Source: a plasmid. From it: DNA of 64,000 nucleotides. The DNA lies in sequence record NZ_CP096162.1; one strand, 5' to 3'. The position numbers were made by a program, and so were the translations under genes. Below the pieces are notes generated by a model. It worked only from the letters and a program-made list of their open reading frames with translations. It was not told the origin of the DNA and ran no database searches. Positions 19,833 to 29,889 of the stretch are shown here, in pieces (position 1 is the first letter of the stretch; the number at the start of each line of letters is the position of its first letter).

Positions 19833-20534
19833 ATGGGAAATTATGATGTAAGTTATGCAGACCGCCTTAAAAAGCGGCCGCACACTCGGCTTTTCCGTTT
19901 CGCGATGACGCTAGCAATCAGTACGCTTATCGCAATCCCGTTTCTCGTCCCTCATTCCGTTAGCGCGGCCCAGTCCACTTCTACGAAAGGAACGGCTTCT
20001 GTAAAAGCTGGGGATCTAACGGCAAACTTTGCCGGCAATGCGATCGGGACCTTTAGTGATACGATCGATCTTTCCACCAATAAAAGTGGCAGTATCACGG
20101 CACAATTGAACAGTCTAACGGTTCAAGATTCTACCGGCACTAGCCGCGGGTATGATGTGGTTTTATCGGCCACCCAATTAAAAGAAGTGACCCCGACAGG
20201 AGGCTTCAAAGCTGGGACAACAGCCAAAACGCTTCCGACGAAATCACTTCAATTAAACGTAGCCGGATCAGAACTGCAAACAGCTTCTAATTCGACTTCT
20301 GTAAAGCCAGCCCTCCAAACCGGGAATAAAACGGTGGACGGCGACTCTGTTACTATTTTAAAGGCTGGGAAGAATGCCGGTCAAGGGCAATTTGATTATT
20401 CCTTTGGGAATCAATCGTTGACGCTCTTCTATGATCCAGCAACGACGCCTGCTGATCCGATCAACTATCCGAACCAAGATACCCCGTATGAAACGACGGT
20501 GACTGTCGCCGTCGTTCAAGGACCTCAAAATTAA
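19833..20534 (+). CDS. Small secreted WxL-domain-like surface protein (CscB-like), with divergent Y-x-V/L motifs instead of W-x-L
   Basis: Signal peptide. C-terminal region DSTGTSRGYDVVLSATQL...YETTVTVAVVQGP parallels the two conserved WxL-domain motifs. Same C-terminus as the 21605 gene. Confidence 0.45.
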   Translation: MGNYDVSYADRLKKRPHTRLFRFAMTLAISTLIAIPFLVPHSVSAAQSTSTKGTASVKAGDLTANFAGNAIGTFSDTIDLSTNKSGSITAQLNSLTVQDSTGTSRGYDVVLSATQLKEVTPTGGFKAGTTAKTLPTKSLQLNVAGSELQTASNSTSVKPALQTGNKTVDGDSVTILKAGKNAGQGQFDYSFGNQSLTLFYDPATTPADPINYPNQDTPYETTVTVAVVQGPQN

Positions 20535-20548
20535 TCGGAGGTGTTAGG

Positions 20549-21592
20549 ATGAAGCGATTCAACATCAAGCACGCACTTGTCTGCGTGCTTGTTTTCTTGG
20601 GAAGCTTGGGGCCTTTTGCGGCATCGACGCAGGCAGCAGAAACGCCGACACGAGATCTGGCGGTCACGCCTCTTTTTTCGGCGGATCAAGCGAAAAAGAT
20701 TACCAATTATTTTTCGGTTTCCGGAACTGGGAACCATGTTTTTCGGGCGCGCGTGACCAACAGTAGTGATAAACCGAAAAAAATAGTGGTGGAACTAACC
20801 GATGCGATCTCGACGCAAACCGGCATCCAGTACACGCACGCAACGAACAAGCAAGTCAAAAAAGCCTACCGGTTAGCGAAGTATAGTCCAACGCCAAAAA
20901 GAACGATTCGACTAGCAGCGCGGCAATCGAAAGTCATTTCGATCTCGATCAAGGTACCGAAAACGGTCAAAGGAACGATCTTAGGTGGCCTCCATTATTA
21001 TGAGGTGGCTCCACGTAAAGCTGGTTCCAAAACAGGCAAAAAGCAGGTATCGGTCCACTTGCATTATAGGCGTGATTACGTTCTCGCCGTTGCGATCCAT
21101 GCCAGTAAGTTTCCCAATCAAGATGCGTTTTATCTGAAGGAAGCAACATACCGCGTGTATCCGTCTGGCAGTGTGGTACAAACCGGTTTCGCCAATGAGT
21201 CGCCGGCGATCACCGCACCAAAAGGCTTTACCTATCGTGTGACGAAAAAGGATGCGAAGCATGCCTTGTTCCACGGAAAACTAGAGTCAATCAAAGCAGC
21301 GCCGATGACCACTGGTTTTTATGTGCTAGCATGGGGAGCCAAACGCGTGACCCCCGGCACGTATACGATCCACTTCTATGCGAAAGGAAAAGAAGTGGCT
21401 GTTCGTGATTTTACCATTCAAGCTGCGAAAGTAGAGCAGCTAGCGAAACAAAACAATCAACCGATCGCGGCGGTCACACCGTGGTGGATTATTCTCCTGT
21501 ATATGCTTCTCGGTGCAGGCATTGGGCTAGGCGTATTTTACGGCGCAAAACGCTATCAAGCAAACAAGCAGGCAGCGAAAAAACAAGAGTAG
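20549..21592 (+). CDS. CscA-like cell-surface protein (DUF916/DUF3324-type architecture) with a C-terminal transmembrane anchor and basic tail
   Basis: Signal peptide. C-terminus WWIILLYMLLGAGIGLGVFYGAKRYQANKQAAKKQE. Confidence 0.45.
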   Translation: MKRFNIKHALVCVLVFLGSLGPFAASTQAAETPTRDLAVTPLFSADQAKKITNYFSVSGTGNHVFRARVTNSSDKPKKIVVELTDAISTQTGIQYTHATNKQVKKAYRLAKYSPTPKRTIRLAARQSKVISISIKVPKTVKGTILGGLHYYEVAPRKAGSKTGKKQVSVHLHYRRDYVLAVAIHASKFPNQDAFYLKEATYRVYPSGSVVQTGFANESPAITAPKGFTYRVTKKDAKHALFHGKLESIKAAPMTTGFYVLAWGAKRVTPGTYTIHFYAKGKEVAVRDFTIQAAKVEQLAKQNNQPIAAVTPWWIILLYMLLGAGIGLGVFYGAKRYQANKQAAKKQE

Positions 21593-21604
21593 GAGGGGAA
21601 ATGG

Positions 21605-23197
21605 ATGCGATACAACTGGCAAGGATTTAGGTGGCTCCTATTTGCGTTAGTGGCTATCGGCTTTTTGACTCCTACAACCGTGTTTGCGGCAAATGGTGGC
21701 GATTGGGTCAAAGCAAATTGGGAGAATTATCCCGATAACACGGGAAAGTGGAACGTGCTTACACGAAACAAGATCACAAGTATCGGCAGCACGCAAAATG
21801 TAAAATGGACAGGCTTTCTCAACACCAAAGCGCTAAAAACCGTAGAGGCGACGTTTGAATTTGATTTCGTGCATGATGATCCAAACAACAAAGATACCGA
21901 TAACGACATGATCGGGTGGACCTTTCGGCACACCAGCTCAACGAGCAGCTTTAATGACATTACGAAGCAAAGCTTCTATTATGTGACGTTCCGTGGACCC
22001 TATGACGGCGACGGCACCGCACCAAGTCGATCGGGTGTGTTTAAAAATACGTCCGGCTTAGTTCCTCGAAGCAACAATGACACCGACAACACGACGCCGG
22101 CAGTCGGCGAAGGTCGAAACGATTATAAGTTACTGCAAGGAATCAATTTCATTTGGGCAGACAAGAAAACGTACCATGTCAAAATCACGGTAGAAGATGA
22201 AGCAGCCGGCACCCGTATTCGTGTCTACGTCGACGGAAAAAGTTATGCCAACTACGTAGATAAGGATCCACTGCCGATTGGTGGCTATGGCCCGTATACC
22301 TACAGTCAAGCACATGCTTATTTTTCAAATATCGAAATCAATGGAGCGTCCTTTTTGAATACACCTCCTGTCTTCACGCGAAGCAGCCCAGCCGACAATA
22401 CCACGTTTCGAAATAACCAAGCGATCCCCATCAAAGGGACGATGTCGGATAGCGATGCCACAGGCACGATCTCGGCTTACTATGCGATCGATAAACCCGA
22501 TGCGAAGCAGCTGATCCAGTCGGCGGCTAGTACCGGGAAAACTGTTTCCGTAAGTGGCCAAGTACCGGCAAGCGCGGTGAAGGATCTGACCGTTGGGAAA
22601 CATACGTTGTATGTTTGGTCGGAAGATAGTGAAAAAGCCGTTTCGGATAAGGTTGCGATCCCGATCGTGATCAAGGATGGGCAATTGAGCGTCGAGTGGC
22701 AAGGCGAACCCTTTTCTTTTGCGGCGATCGATCTAACGACTGGTCAAGACGGAAAAAGAACGACCACCTTACCAAAGCTAAAACTGCAAGACGGCACAGA
22801 CAGCACAAAGGGGTACCGACTTAGTGTTGAGGCAACTCCGTTAACGGAAGTTACGCCTCCAGGAGGATACGTCAAAGGCACCGCAGCACGCGCTTTTCCG
22901 GCGAATACGCTTCAGCTGAACGTAACCGGGAAAGAAACGATCACGTTAGGCGAGCAAGCATCGAACGCGCAGCAACCGACGATCCAACCGGGAACTTATC
23001 CGATTGACGCAGCGCCAGCTACCATCTTGCAGGCACAGGCAAGTAAGGGGAGTGGCATTTATACATTAGGCTTTCAAGCCAATAGTCTTTCTTTGAACTA
23101 TCAGCTGAAAAATGTCTATGCCGATCCTTACAATTATCCTAATCAAGAAACGCCCTATGAGACGACCGTCACAGCAACGATCGTTCAAGGACCATAA
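21605..23197 (+). CDS. Large secreted WxL-domain-like surface protein (CscC-like)
   Basis: Signal peptide. C-terminal GYRLSVEATPL...YETTVTATIVQGP is paralogous to the 19833 gene. Confidence 0.45.
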   Translation: MRYNWQGFRWLLFALVAIGFLTPTTVFAANGGDWVKANWENYPDNTGKWNVLTRNKITSIGSTQNVKWTGFLNTKALKTVEATFEFDFVHDDPNNKDTDNDMIGWTFRHTSSTSSFNDITKQSFYYVTFRGPYDGDGTAPSRSGVFKNTSGLVPRSNNDTDNTTPAVGEGRNDYKLLQGINFIWADKKTYHVKITVEDEAAGTRIRVYVDGKSYANYVDKDPLPIGGYGPYTYSQAHAYFSNIEINGASFLNTPPVFTRSSPADNTTFRNNQAIPIKGTMSDSDATGTISAYYAIDKPDAKQLIQSAASTGKTVSVSGQVPASAVKDLTVGKHTLYVWSEDSEKAVSDKVAIPIVIKDGQLSVEWQGEPFSFAAIDLTTGQDGKRTTTLPKLKLQDGTDSTKGYRLSVEATPLTEVTPPGGYVKGTAARAFPANTLQLNVTGKETITLGEQASNAQQPTIQPGTYPIDAAPATILQAQASKGSGIYTLGFQANSLSLNYQLKNVYADPYNYPNQETPYETTVTATIVQGP

Positions 23198-23216
23198 AAC
23201 AGGGGGTTAATGAAAA

Positions 23217-25520
23217 ATGAATTTATCTAAAAAGTGGATAATTCCACTTTTTTTATTAATCGTAATAATAGGTTTTTCCCTTCAACCGAAACTTGTTTCA
23301 GCAGCTACTGCAGAAGCGTGGGGACCTTATTCTTGGACTGATAGTAGTGGAACAACACATACTACGGCCCTAATTAAAATTGGTGGTAAGTTAGTCTATT
23401 GTATTGACCCGGATAAAAACGCGCCTTTTGGTGGACATAGCTATCAGAAAGGGAATCCTTATGACTATAGTACCCGTGCTATTTTTTACTATGGCTATGG
23501 TGGCGATGGTAATGAATTAGGAAATTCTATGACAGCTATGGTTAAAACATGGGTGGCACTAAACAATTGGTTAGAAGGTAAAGATACTCAAAAAACATAC
23601 AGTAATAAGGATTCACAAGTTTGGCGCCTAATTAAACATGCTAAGAAACAAGATGTACCGAAAAGAGATATAAAATTTAATAAATCAACGTATTCAAGTT
23701 CTATTAGTGGAAAAGTACAAAAGTCAGAAAAAGTAAAAATGACTGGTGATGGGCAAGCTACTATTAAAATACCTAAAAAAGTTACTATTCATCTTGATAA
23801 CAAAACACAAACTGGTGGAAATATAACAATAAAGACAAATGCAACATTCTATTTCACAGCTCCACTTGATTATGATAGTGAATTCAATACAGGAAATCTT
23901 AATGGAAAAGTCTCTGAATTTGCCTCAATTCTGTACTTGCCATCTGGTAATGGTATGCAAAGGTTAGCTGGAGGTGGATTTAAAGAAGACCCAGTTGTAA
24001 AGGCCGGTTTTAAAGTTCACTTTGAAGCAAGGCAAAGTAAAATCACAGTGGAACATCGTGATAAGTACGATGACGCTTTGCTGGAGAAATCTTCATCCGA
24101 GAAAACGATTGGAACATCCTACAGCTATAAAGCCAAGACAAAAATCACGAAGGGTTCTAACACGTATGTGCCAACTTCTACGAAAGAAAAAACTGGGACA
24201 GTCGGGTCTAAAGATAAAACGATTATCTTTTACTACAATTTACAACGTGAAATCAAAGTGGAACACCGGGACGCACGCGACGATCGGTTGATCAAGACCG
24301 AGAAATATACGAAACTGCGCGGTCAATCCTATTCTTACGGGCCAAAAAAAGACTTGAAAAAAGGCAGTTACACGTATCGACCAACAAGTACTAGTAAAAA
24401 AACCGGGACCGTTGGAAAAAGTAATGTGACGCTTACTTTCTATTATGATGTTCCGTTAGTAAAAGTAGCCCTAGAAAAAGTACAAGTCTATACGGCACTT
24501 TCTACCAAAGGGCTGCCGGTAAAAGTAAACCTAGCCAAAACCCTGATCTATAAAAATGCGACCAAAGGCATGACCAAGGCTGACCTTACGATCGGCTTAT
24601 ATCAAGGGAAAACGAAACTGGATAGCGTGACGTATAGTGCGCAAAAACTACCGAAGAAAGCAACCTTTACGATTAAAAAAGGACTGGCAGTGAATCAGCA
24701 TTTACCGTATACGATCAAGTTAGAAGGATTTAGTAAACATGATTTTGATGTAGTAAGTACGGCAAAGCAGCTCACTACACAAGGATACACAAGCTCGGAA
24801 GAGGTAGTGGAACCTAATGCTGCTAAAAAAACCAAAGTAGATGTGAAGCGCGTGATCATGACGGAAATCACACCAACAACGAAGATGAAAAGCTACTACG
24901 AGCGTTTTGTGTTGGAAAAAGCGAAGATCCAGGCGATGAAAACCGGATACGGCTTTGAAAACAATGTAGCCCTTACGTACAGCAACGAGTTAGCACAAAC
25001 AAAGACATTTAAGCCCTTTACCTTCGCCACACCGAAAAAGCTCATAGACAGCTTTGTAGAGGCGAAAACAAAGGGTGCTTCTTCTGGCTTAACTATGGTG
25101 GAAGAAAGCAGCAAAACCATGACAGCAGATGGAGTGACAACGACATCGATTCGGTACCAGCTGCCACATATCCAAGTAGAACGCCAAACTGGCTACCTAT
25201 TTTCCGATGAACAAGTAAAAGCCAAAGACAAACGGATTAAATATGGGCTTCGTGATGGTGGAAATAAGTTCTATTTACCGATTTGGATGGATCTTGGCAA
25301 GTACGATACGACCACAGCTACTGGAAAACTTGGGACACATGCGATTCAAGTGAATTGGAAAGATCAGGTCAATGTAGAAGCTTTCATGTATGTAGCAATG
25401 GACTCAAAAACGAAAGCAAAAGATGAAATTTTGTTAAAACCAATTAATGCAGACGATCCATTTCCTGAAGGATTACCTAATGGATGGAGCAAAGCAGATG
25501 TCAAATGGCTTGGCAAGTAA
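23217..25520 (+). CDS. Secreted adhesin-like protein with tandem MucBP-type repeats; no LPXTG
   Basis: Signal peptide. Two about 65-aa repeats (K/EI.VEHRD..DD.L...; ...TGTVG....T..FYY) typical of MucBP. C-terminus lacks a sortase motif or transmembrane segment. Confidence 0.55.
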   Translation: MNLSKKWIIPLFLLIVIIGFSLQPKLVSAATAEAWGPYSWTDSSGTTHTTALIKIGGKLVYCIDPDKNAPFGGHSYQKGNPYDYSTRAIFYYGYGGDGNELGNSMTAMVKTWVALNNWLEGKDTQKTYSNKDSQVWRLIKHAKKQDVPKRDIKFNKSTYSSSISGKVQKSEKVKMTGDGQATIKIPKKVTIHLDNKTQTGGNITIKTNATFYFTAPLDYDSEFNTGNLNGKVSEFASILYLPSGNGMQRLAGGGFKEDPVVKAGFKVHFEARQSKITVEHRDKYDDALLEKSSSEKTIGTSYSYKAKTKITKGSNTYVPTSTKEKTGTVGSKDKTIIFYYNLQREIKVEHRDARDDRLIKTEKYTKLRGQSYSYGPKKDLKKGSYTYRPTSTSKKTGTVGKSNVTLTFYYDVPLVKVALEKVQVYTALSTKGLPVKVNLAKTLIYKNATKGMTKADLTIGLYQGKTKLDSVTYSAQKLPKKATFTIKKGLAVNQHLPYTIKLEGFSKHDFDVVSTAKQLTTQGYTSSEEVVEPNAAKKTKVDVKRVIMTEITPTTKMKSYYERFVLEKAKIQAMKTGYGFENNVALTYSNELAQTKTFKPFTFATPKKLIDSFVEAKTKGASSGLTMVEESSKTMTADGVTTTSIRYQLPHIQVERQTGYLFSDEQVKAKDKRIKYGLRDGGNKFYLPIWMDLGKYDTTTATGKLGTHAIQVNWKDQVNVEAFMYVAMDSKTKAKDEILLKPINADDPFPEGLPNGWSKADVKWLGK

Positions 25521-25533
25521 GTGAGGCGATAAT

Positions 25534-25932
25534 GTGAAAGGTTATATCAGTATCTGTATTATCCTTTTTGTTAGTGCATTCCTATTGCTGGGGATATTTC
25601 ACTATGCGATAGAGGATTACAAGCATAAATCTGTTGTTTTAACAGCAACGGAGTCTGCCAGAGCGGCAAGTATAGAAAATGTAGACAAATCGTTGCGTGT
25701 TTCTAACGGAGAGGTAATACTATCTACCGATAATTTTGAGAAAGATTTTAAACGATTATTTGCAAAAAACACGAATATCGTTTTAAAAGACCCATCTTAT
25801 ACTTTTGATTATTTAAAGGAAAAAGATAGCGATAGTCTTAAAGCGGTACGCGTAAAGATCAAGAATGATGGGGTAAGCTATCAGGCGACCCTTGTTTCGG
25901 ATATCGAAACAAATAAGGAGGAAAAGAAGTAA
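25534..25932 (+). CDS. Pseudopilin/TadE-like small protein (N-terminal transmembrane helix plus beta-rich domain)
   Basis: GTG start after a GTGAGG RBS. N-terminal hydrophobic helix, about 100-aa extracellular domain. Confidence 0.35.
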   Translation: MKGYISICIILFVSAFLLLGIFHYAIEDYKHKSVVLTATESARAASIENVDKSLRVSNGEVILSTDNFEKDFKRLFAKNTNIVLKDPSYTFDYLKEKDSDSLKAVRVKIKNDGVSYQATLVSDIETNKEEKK

Positions 25933-27185
25933 TGCAAGCAATGACTGTAGATCCACATGCTTTTGTTAGTTCAGAGGTCATCGATAGTATTTCGCAAGAT
26001 CTCATAAAAAAGCACTCTGAACTTTATCTACAAGCGTTCACGGACGAAGAAGCCAGAGAAGTACTACGAGAACTGATTGCTGCTGAACATGCCAGTGTTT
26101 TAAATGAGGATCATTTGATTGACTATTGTATTCAAGAAATGGTGGGGCTGGGCATCATTGAGGCGATTATCCAGGACGAGAGCGTAACAGATATACGTTT
26201 TAACGGAACGGAATTGATTATTAAGACCAATGAACGCAAATATGTATATGAAGCCATTGAAGTCACGGAAGATTATATCATCAAGATCATCCAAAAGTTT
26301 GCGAACGCTGTGCAAAAAGAATTTACTACAAAATCGCCTATACTCAGTGCAGAATTTAAAAACTTGCGAATTAATGCCATTCATAAGGATATCAGTTCTT
26401 ATGGAACGGCAATGGCTTTGCGTGTAACGCGTCCGCATTTAGCGTTGAATGAAACTAATTTTAGCAGTTTTGCCCCTAAGCCGATAGAACGTTTCTTGCA
26501 GGCAGCTGCGCAAGCAAAATCAAATATAATCATTTCTGGAGAAACTGGAACGGGTAAAACGGAATTGCAAAAATTTTTAATCCAATCGATTGGCTTTCAA
26601 AACAATATCATCATGATCGAAGATACGAATGAAAGTCATGTAAAAACGATGTTTTCTGAAAAAGATATTACTTCCTTATTAACCTCTGAAACGATTGGTA
26701 TTGATAAATTAGTGCAACAAGCATTACGACAAGATGCAGATTATATCATCGTGAGTGAGACACGTGGGAGTGAAGCGTATCAGATGCTGCAAGGTGTTTT
26801 ATCTGGTCACGCTGTCATTACAACGCTACATGCAAGAAATGCAAATGCGATTCGAACGCGATTTATCAATATGTGTCGTATGGAGTACACCTTTGATGAA
26901 ACAGTGTTAAGTGAAGATTTTGACAGAGAATTTCAATTAGGTATTCATATCAAGGCTGCCACAATAGATGGCAAAGTACATCGCTATTTAGATGAAGTGA
27001 TTGAATTTCGACCAAATGGGGCGAACATCACACTTTACAAACAAACCTTAGATGCAGAAGGAAATTTGAAAATCAAAACAATAAATCCGTATAGTGAAGA
27101 ACTTCAGGAACACTTCAACGAGGGGCGTATCGATTATCATAATAACTTTACAAAAGAGCTAAGAACAGCTTGTCCTTCTGAATGA
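25932..27185 (+). CDS. TadA/CpaF/VirB11-family secretion ATPase
   Basis: 417 aa. Walker A GETGTGKTE, Walker B IIMIEDT, His box, N-terminal domain with DIRFNG. Confidence 0.8.
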   Translation: MQAMTVDPHAFVSSEVIDSISQDLIKKHSELYLQAFTDEEAREVLRELIAAEHASVLNEDHLIDYCIQEMVGLGIIEAIIQDESVTDIRFNGTELIIKTNERKYVYEAIEVTEDYIIKIIQKFANAVQKEFTTKSPILSAEFKNLRINAIHKDISSYGTAMALRVTRPHLALNETNFSSFAPKPIERFLQAAAQAKSNIIISGETGTGKTELQKFLIQSIGFQNNIIMIEDTNESHVKTMFSEKDITSLLTSETIGIDKLVQQALRQDADYIIVSETRGSEAYQMLQGVLSGHAVITTLHARNANAIRTRFINMCRMEYTFDETVLSEDFDREFQLGIHIKAATIDGKVHRYLDEVIEFRPNGANITLYKQTLDAEGNLKIKTINPYSEELQEHFNEGRIDYHNNFTKELRTACPSE

Positions 27186-27222
27186 TGTTTCTCAGAAAAG
27201 AAAAAAGGAGGCTTGAGCGTCC

Positions 27223-28026
27223 ATGAAACGGAAAACCTATACGATTGATGAGTTAAACGCTTATAAGACTGCTTACGACAAGCCGATTGTTCGACAAGAT
27301 ATTATCACTATCATGAGTAAACCTTTTATTTTCACATTTCTATTTGCGTACATCGTTTACTTTAATTGGTGGATCAGTTTGATCTATGCTGGAATAGCAG
27401 CCTTTTATGCCTATCGCGTGTTATTACCGGGACAAATCAAACGGGTGTATGTCGAGAAAAGTTTTATTGAAAGACATAATATGATCAACCATATTACGCA
27501 AATATTAACCAATGAAGAAGAAACCGTTTTGAGTGCATTGGCGCAAGTCACGGATGGGGCAAATGGAAAGTTTAAGGAGGATCTCTTAAAATTGCGTCTG
27601 CAGCTTTCAGGAGCAAATGATAGTCAGATACTCCGTGCATTTAAGGAGTTTGAAGACGCTTATCAAGAAGATAAGATTTTTCAAATGTATGTCAACCAAT
27701 TAACGACCACTATGATAGAAGGTCGTACCAATGTAGATACACTCAAAAATCTAAAATCTTACCATAATACATTAAAGAAAATGCAAGATGGTTTTTTTGC
27801 AGAAAAATTGCATTTACATCGAAAACTTATGGGCATGATTCAAGGTGGAGCTATTTTAATTGGTGCTATTATTGTTGGTCTTGGATGGCAGCAATTTATT
27901 GACCAGTATGCACATACGTTGATAGGGATTGTTTTTTCTACGGTGTACATGTTTGCCATTGGAATAGCGATTCATCGTCATAACCTTCTTATGCAAGACG
28001 ATAAAGTAATGGAGGTGAGGGTGTGA
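27223..28026 (+). CDS. TadB/GspF-like platform membrane protein
   Basis: Topology read directly: transmembrane segment, about 130-aa cytoplasmic helical domain, two C-terminal transmembrane helices. Confidence 0.45.
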   Translation: MKRKTYTIDELNAYKTAYDKPIVRQDIITIMSKPFIFTFLFAYIVYFNWWISLIYAGIAAFYAYRVLLPGQIKRVYVEKSFIERHNMINHITQILTNEEETVLSALAQVTDGANGKFKEDLLKLRLQLSGANDSQILRAFKEFEDAYQEDKIFQMYVNQLTTTMIEGRTNVDTLKNLKSYHNTLKKMQDGFFAEKLHLHRKLMGMIQGGAILIGAIIVGLGWQQFIDQYAHTLIGIVFSTVYMFAIGIAIHRHNLLMQDDKVMEVRV

Positions 28027-28814
28027 TGCGAAAACAAAAAGAAGCGCTACTTCAGGAAGAACGCCCATATGGTTCTAGTTTCTGGGTAAGAATTGCTGAA
28101 AAAAATCTATTCACCATGCTTATAGAAATGGAACAAATACCACCTTTTGAGACAAAGGAAGAACAGATCCACTATTTAATTAACTTGCAGCGAAAGAGAG
28201 TTTTCAAAGGGATTTTACTCCTTCTGATCGGTGTTCTTGGGGCCATTTTTATAAACAAATGGTTATTACTCGCTTTTTTTGTCCTAGCATGTCTTTTTTA
28301 CAGAATGGACTACACAAAAGTGGTTAAAACATACAAGTATTGGAAGTTCGAAAAGCAAATTGAATTTCTTAAATTTATTCGCTTACTCATTCCAATTTTG
28401 TTAGAAAAGAAAACCTCTCTTTATCTCGCCATGAATAAAATGCTTCATCGACTAGATGAGGATAGTAAGTATATCAAAGATGAAATAGAACGCTTCTTGA
28501 TCGCCTTGAACCAGCAACCAAATAGTATCGAACCATTTATAAACTTTGCGAAAAGAGCCTCTGGTACTGAAGAGGCTCTTTTAATGTTGCGAACACTTTT
28601 TGCGTATCAGCAAAAATCAAATGATCCAACGATTATTAAGGAGTTAGGCGAACTTTCCAATGAGCAATTGATGGGAGGGGTCGATGAGATTATTCGATTT
28701 AAAACGAAGCGATTCGGGATCTATCCTTCGCTAACGTTAGCATCGATTTTTTTCATCGTTATTGGCTATACCATTGCGATGCTTCTTCATGGCATGCAGG
28801 CCATTCATTTATAA
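28023..28814 (+). CDS. TadC/GspF-like platform membrane protein (paralogous topology to the 27223 gene)
   Basis: Overlaps the upstream gene (ATGA). Two transmembrane segments, a cytoplasmic domain and a C-terminal transmembrane segment. Confidence 0.45.
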   Translation: MMRKQKEALLQEERPYGSSFWVRIAEKNLFTMLIEMEQIPPFETKEEQIHYLINLQRKRVFKGILLLLIGVLGAIFINKWLLLAFFVLACLFYRMDYTKVVKTYKYWKFEKQIEFLKFIRLLIPILLEKKTSLYLAMNKMLHRLDEDSKYIKDEIERFLIALNQQPNSIEPFINFAKRASGTEEALLMLRTLFAYQQKSNDPTIIKELGELSNEQLMGGVDEIIRFKTKRFGIYPSLTLASIFFIVIGYTIAMLLHGMQAIHL

Positions 28815-28845
28815 GAAGAAATAGATTTGAAAAGGTGGTGATTTC

Positions 28846-29208
28846 TTGTTAGAAGGAACAACGATGGAACTATCAAAGATTTTTATTAGTATTTTTATGA
28901 TTTTAAGTATTGCTTCTGTCAGTATCTTTTTCATTAATCTGAATCAAGCGCAGGACTTTAAACAGATGGTTAATTATCAAATAGAGCGACATGGAGGACT
29001 CACAACGGAAGCACAAACGAAAATCAAAAACTACAGTAAAGATCACTTTGATAATCAATTTACCGTTAAAAGTAATTCTGGTACCGACAAGATGGAATAT
29101 GGAAAAGAAGTATCCTATACGGTAAACGGCAAAATTAAGTTGTTGTTTATCACGCTACCTGTCCAAAATATTGCGATTAAAGGTGCGGCAATTTCCATGG
29201 TGAGGTGA
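28846..29208 (+). CDS. Pseudopilin-like protein (N-terminal transmembrane helix plus beta-rich domain)
   Basis: 120 aa, hydrophobic helix ISIFMILSIASVSIFFI. Confidence 0.35.
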   Translation: MLEGTTMELSKIFISIFMILSIASVSIFFINLNQAQDFKQMVNYQIERHGGLTTEAQTKIKNYSKDHFDNQFTVKSNSGTDKMEYGKEVSYTVNGKIKLLFITLPVQNIAIKGAAISMVR

Positions 29209-29214
29209 CCAATC

Positions 29215-29361
29215 ATGCTAGATCAAAACACAACCCGTTTATTATTTGCTGTTCTGGGAGTCATTGTATTTGGGATTATCATTCAGTTGGTTCATGCAAC
29301 CTACCCAGATATATTGGCAGATATGCACCAAATGTTTATGGAACGAATTCCTAAGTTTTAA
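29215..29361 (+). CDS. 48-aa hydrophobic mini-protein (MLDQNTTRLLFAVLGVIVFGIII...YPDILADM...). Candidate pilin-like subunit.
   Basis: Not in the ORF track (below size cut-off). RBS GGTGAGGTGA 7 nt upstream. Paralog of the next gene. Confidence 0.35.
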   Translation: MLDQNTTRLLFAVLGVIVFGIIIQLVHATYPDILADMHQMFMERIPKF

Positions 29362-29401
29362 AGAAAAAAACTATAAACCAAAAATAGAATGGAGAATGTA
29401 T

Positions 29402-29572
29402 ATGTTAGATTCAAATACTGATCGTTTATTGTGGACCGTTGTTACTGTTGTTGTCGTAGGAGCTATTTTGCTTATTGTCAAAACGGCTTTTCCAGAGTTA
29501 GTTACGGACGTCATTTCTGCTGTTAGAAGCAAGCTAACGGCAGGTGCGATCACTGGTCCATTTGGTAGATAA
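29402..29572 (+). CDS. 56-aa hydrophobic mini-protein (MLDSNTDRLLWTVVTVVVVGAILLIV...FPELVTDV...), paralog of the 29215 gene
   Basis: Shared MLDxNTxRLL start and A.FP[DE][IL][LV].D motif. RBS GGAG. Confidence 0.35.
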   Translation: MLDSNTDRLLWTVVTVVVVGAILLIVKTAFPELVTDVISAVRSKLTAGAITGPFGR

Positions 29573-29658
29573 GCATAAGAATATATCAAGAGATCCCAGC
29601 ATATAGGATTATGTGTTGGGATTTATCAGTAAACTAACCTAGATAGAGGAGCAGGGGC

Positions 29659-29877
29659 ATGCGCACAAAGATAGAAAAAAATAGTGTTTGTTTAACGGTA
29701 AATAGCAATGAATGGTCAAAAATAAGCAAAACGAAAATCGTTCATTTACCGTATTCGGAAAAAATAACAGTTGGAACCAAAATCGAGATTACCTGTAAGC
29801 AAACAGGTACTTATACAACCTATCAGATCCATATGATATATGGACTGAAGCATTATACCAAAGTCGAACTTAGATAA
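29659..29877 (+). CDS. Hypothetical 72-aa protein
   Basis: RBS GGAG. Beta-rich. Confidence 0.35.
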   Translation: MRTKIEKNSVCLTVNSNEWSKISKTKIVHLPYSEKITVGTKIEITCKQTGTYTTYQIHMIYGLKHYTKVELR

Positions 29878-29889
29878 GGAGGGAGATCT

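Noticed and set aside
19833-25520. LPXTG sortase-anchored adhesin / aggregation substance (PrgB-like)
   Set aside because: No LPXTG-like motif or C-terminal transmembrane helix plus basic tail in the large secreted proteins. Only the CscA-like protein has a transmembrane anchor.
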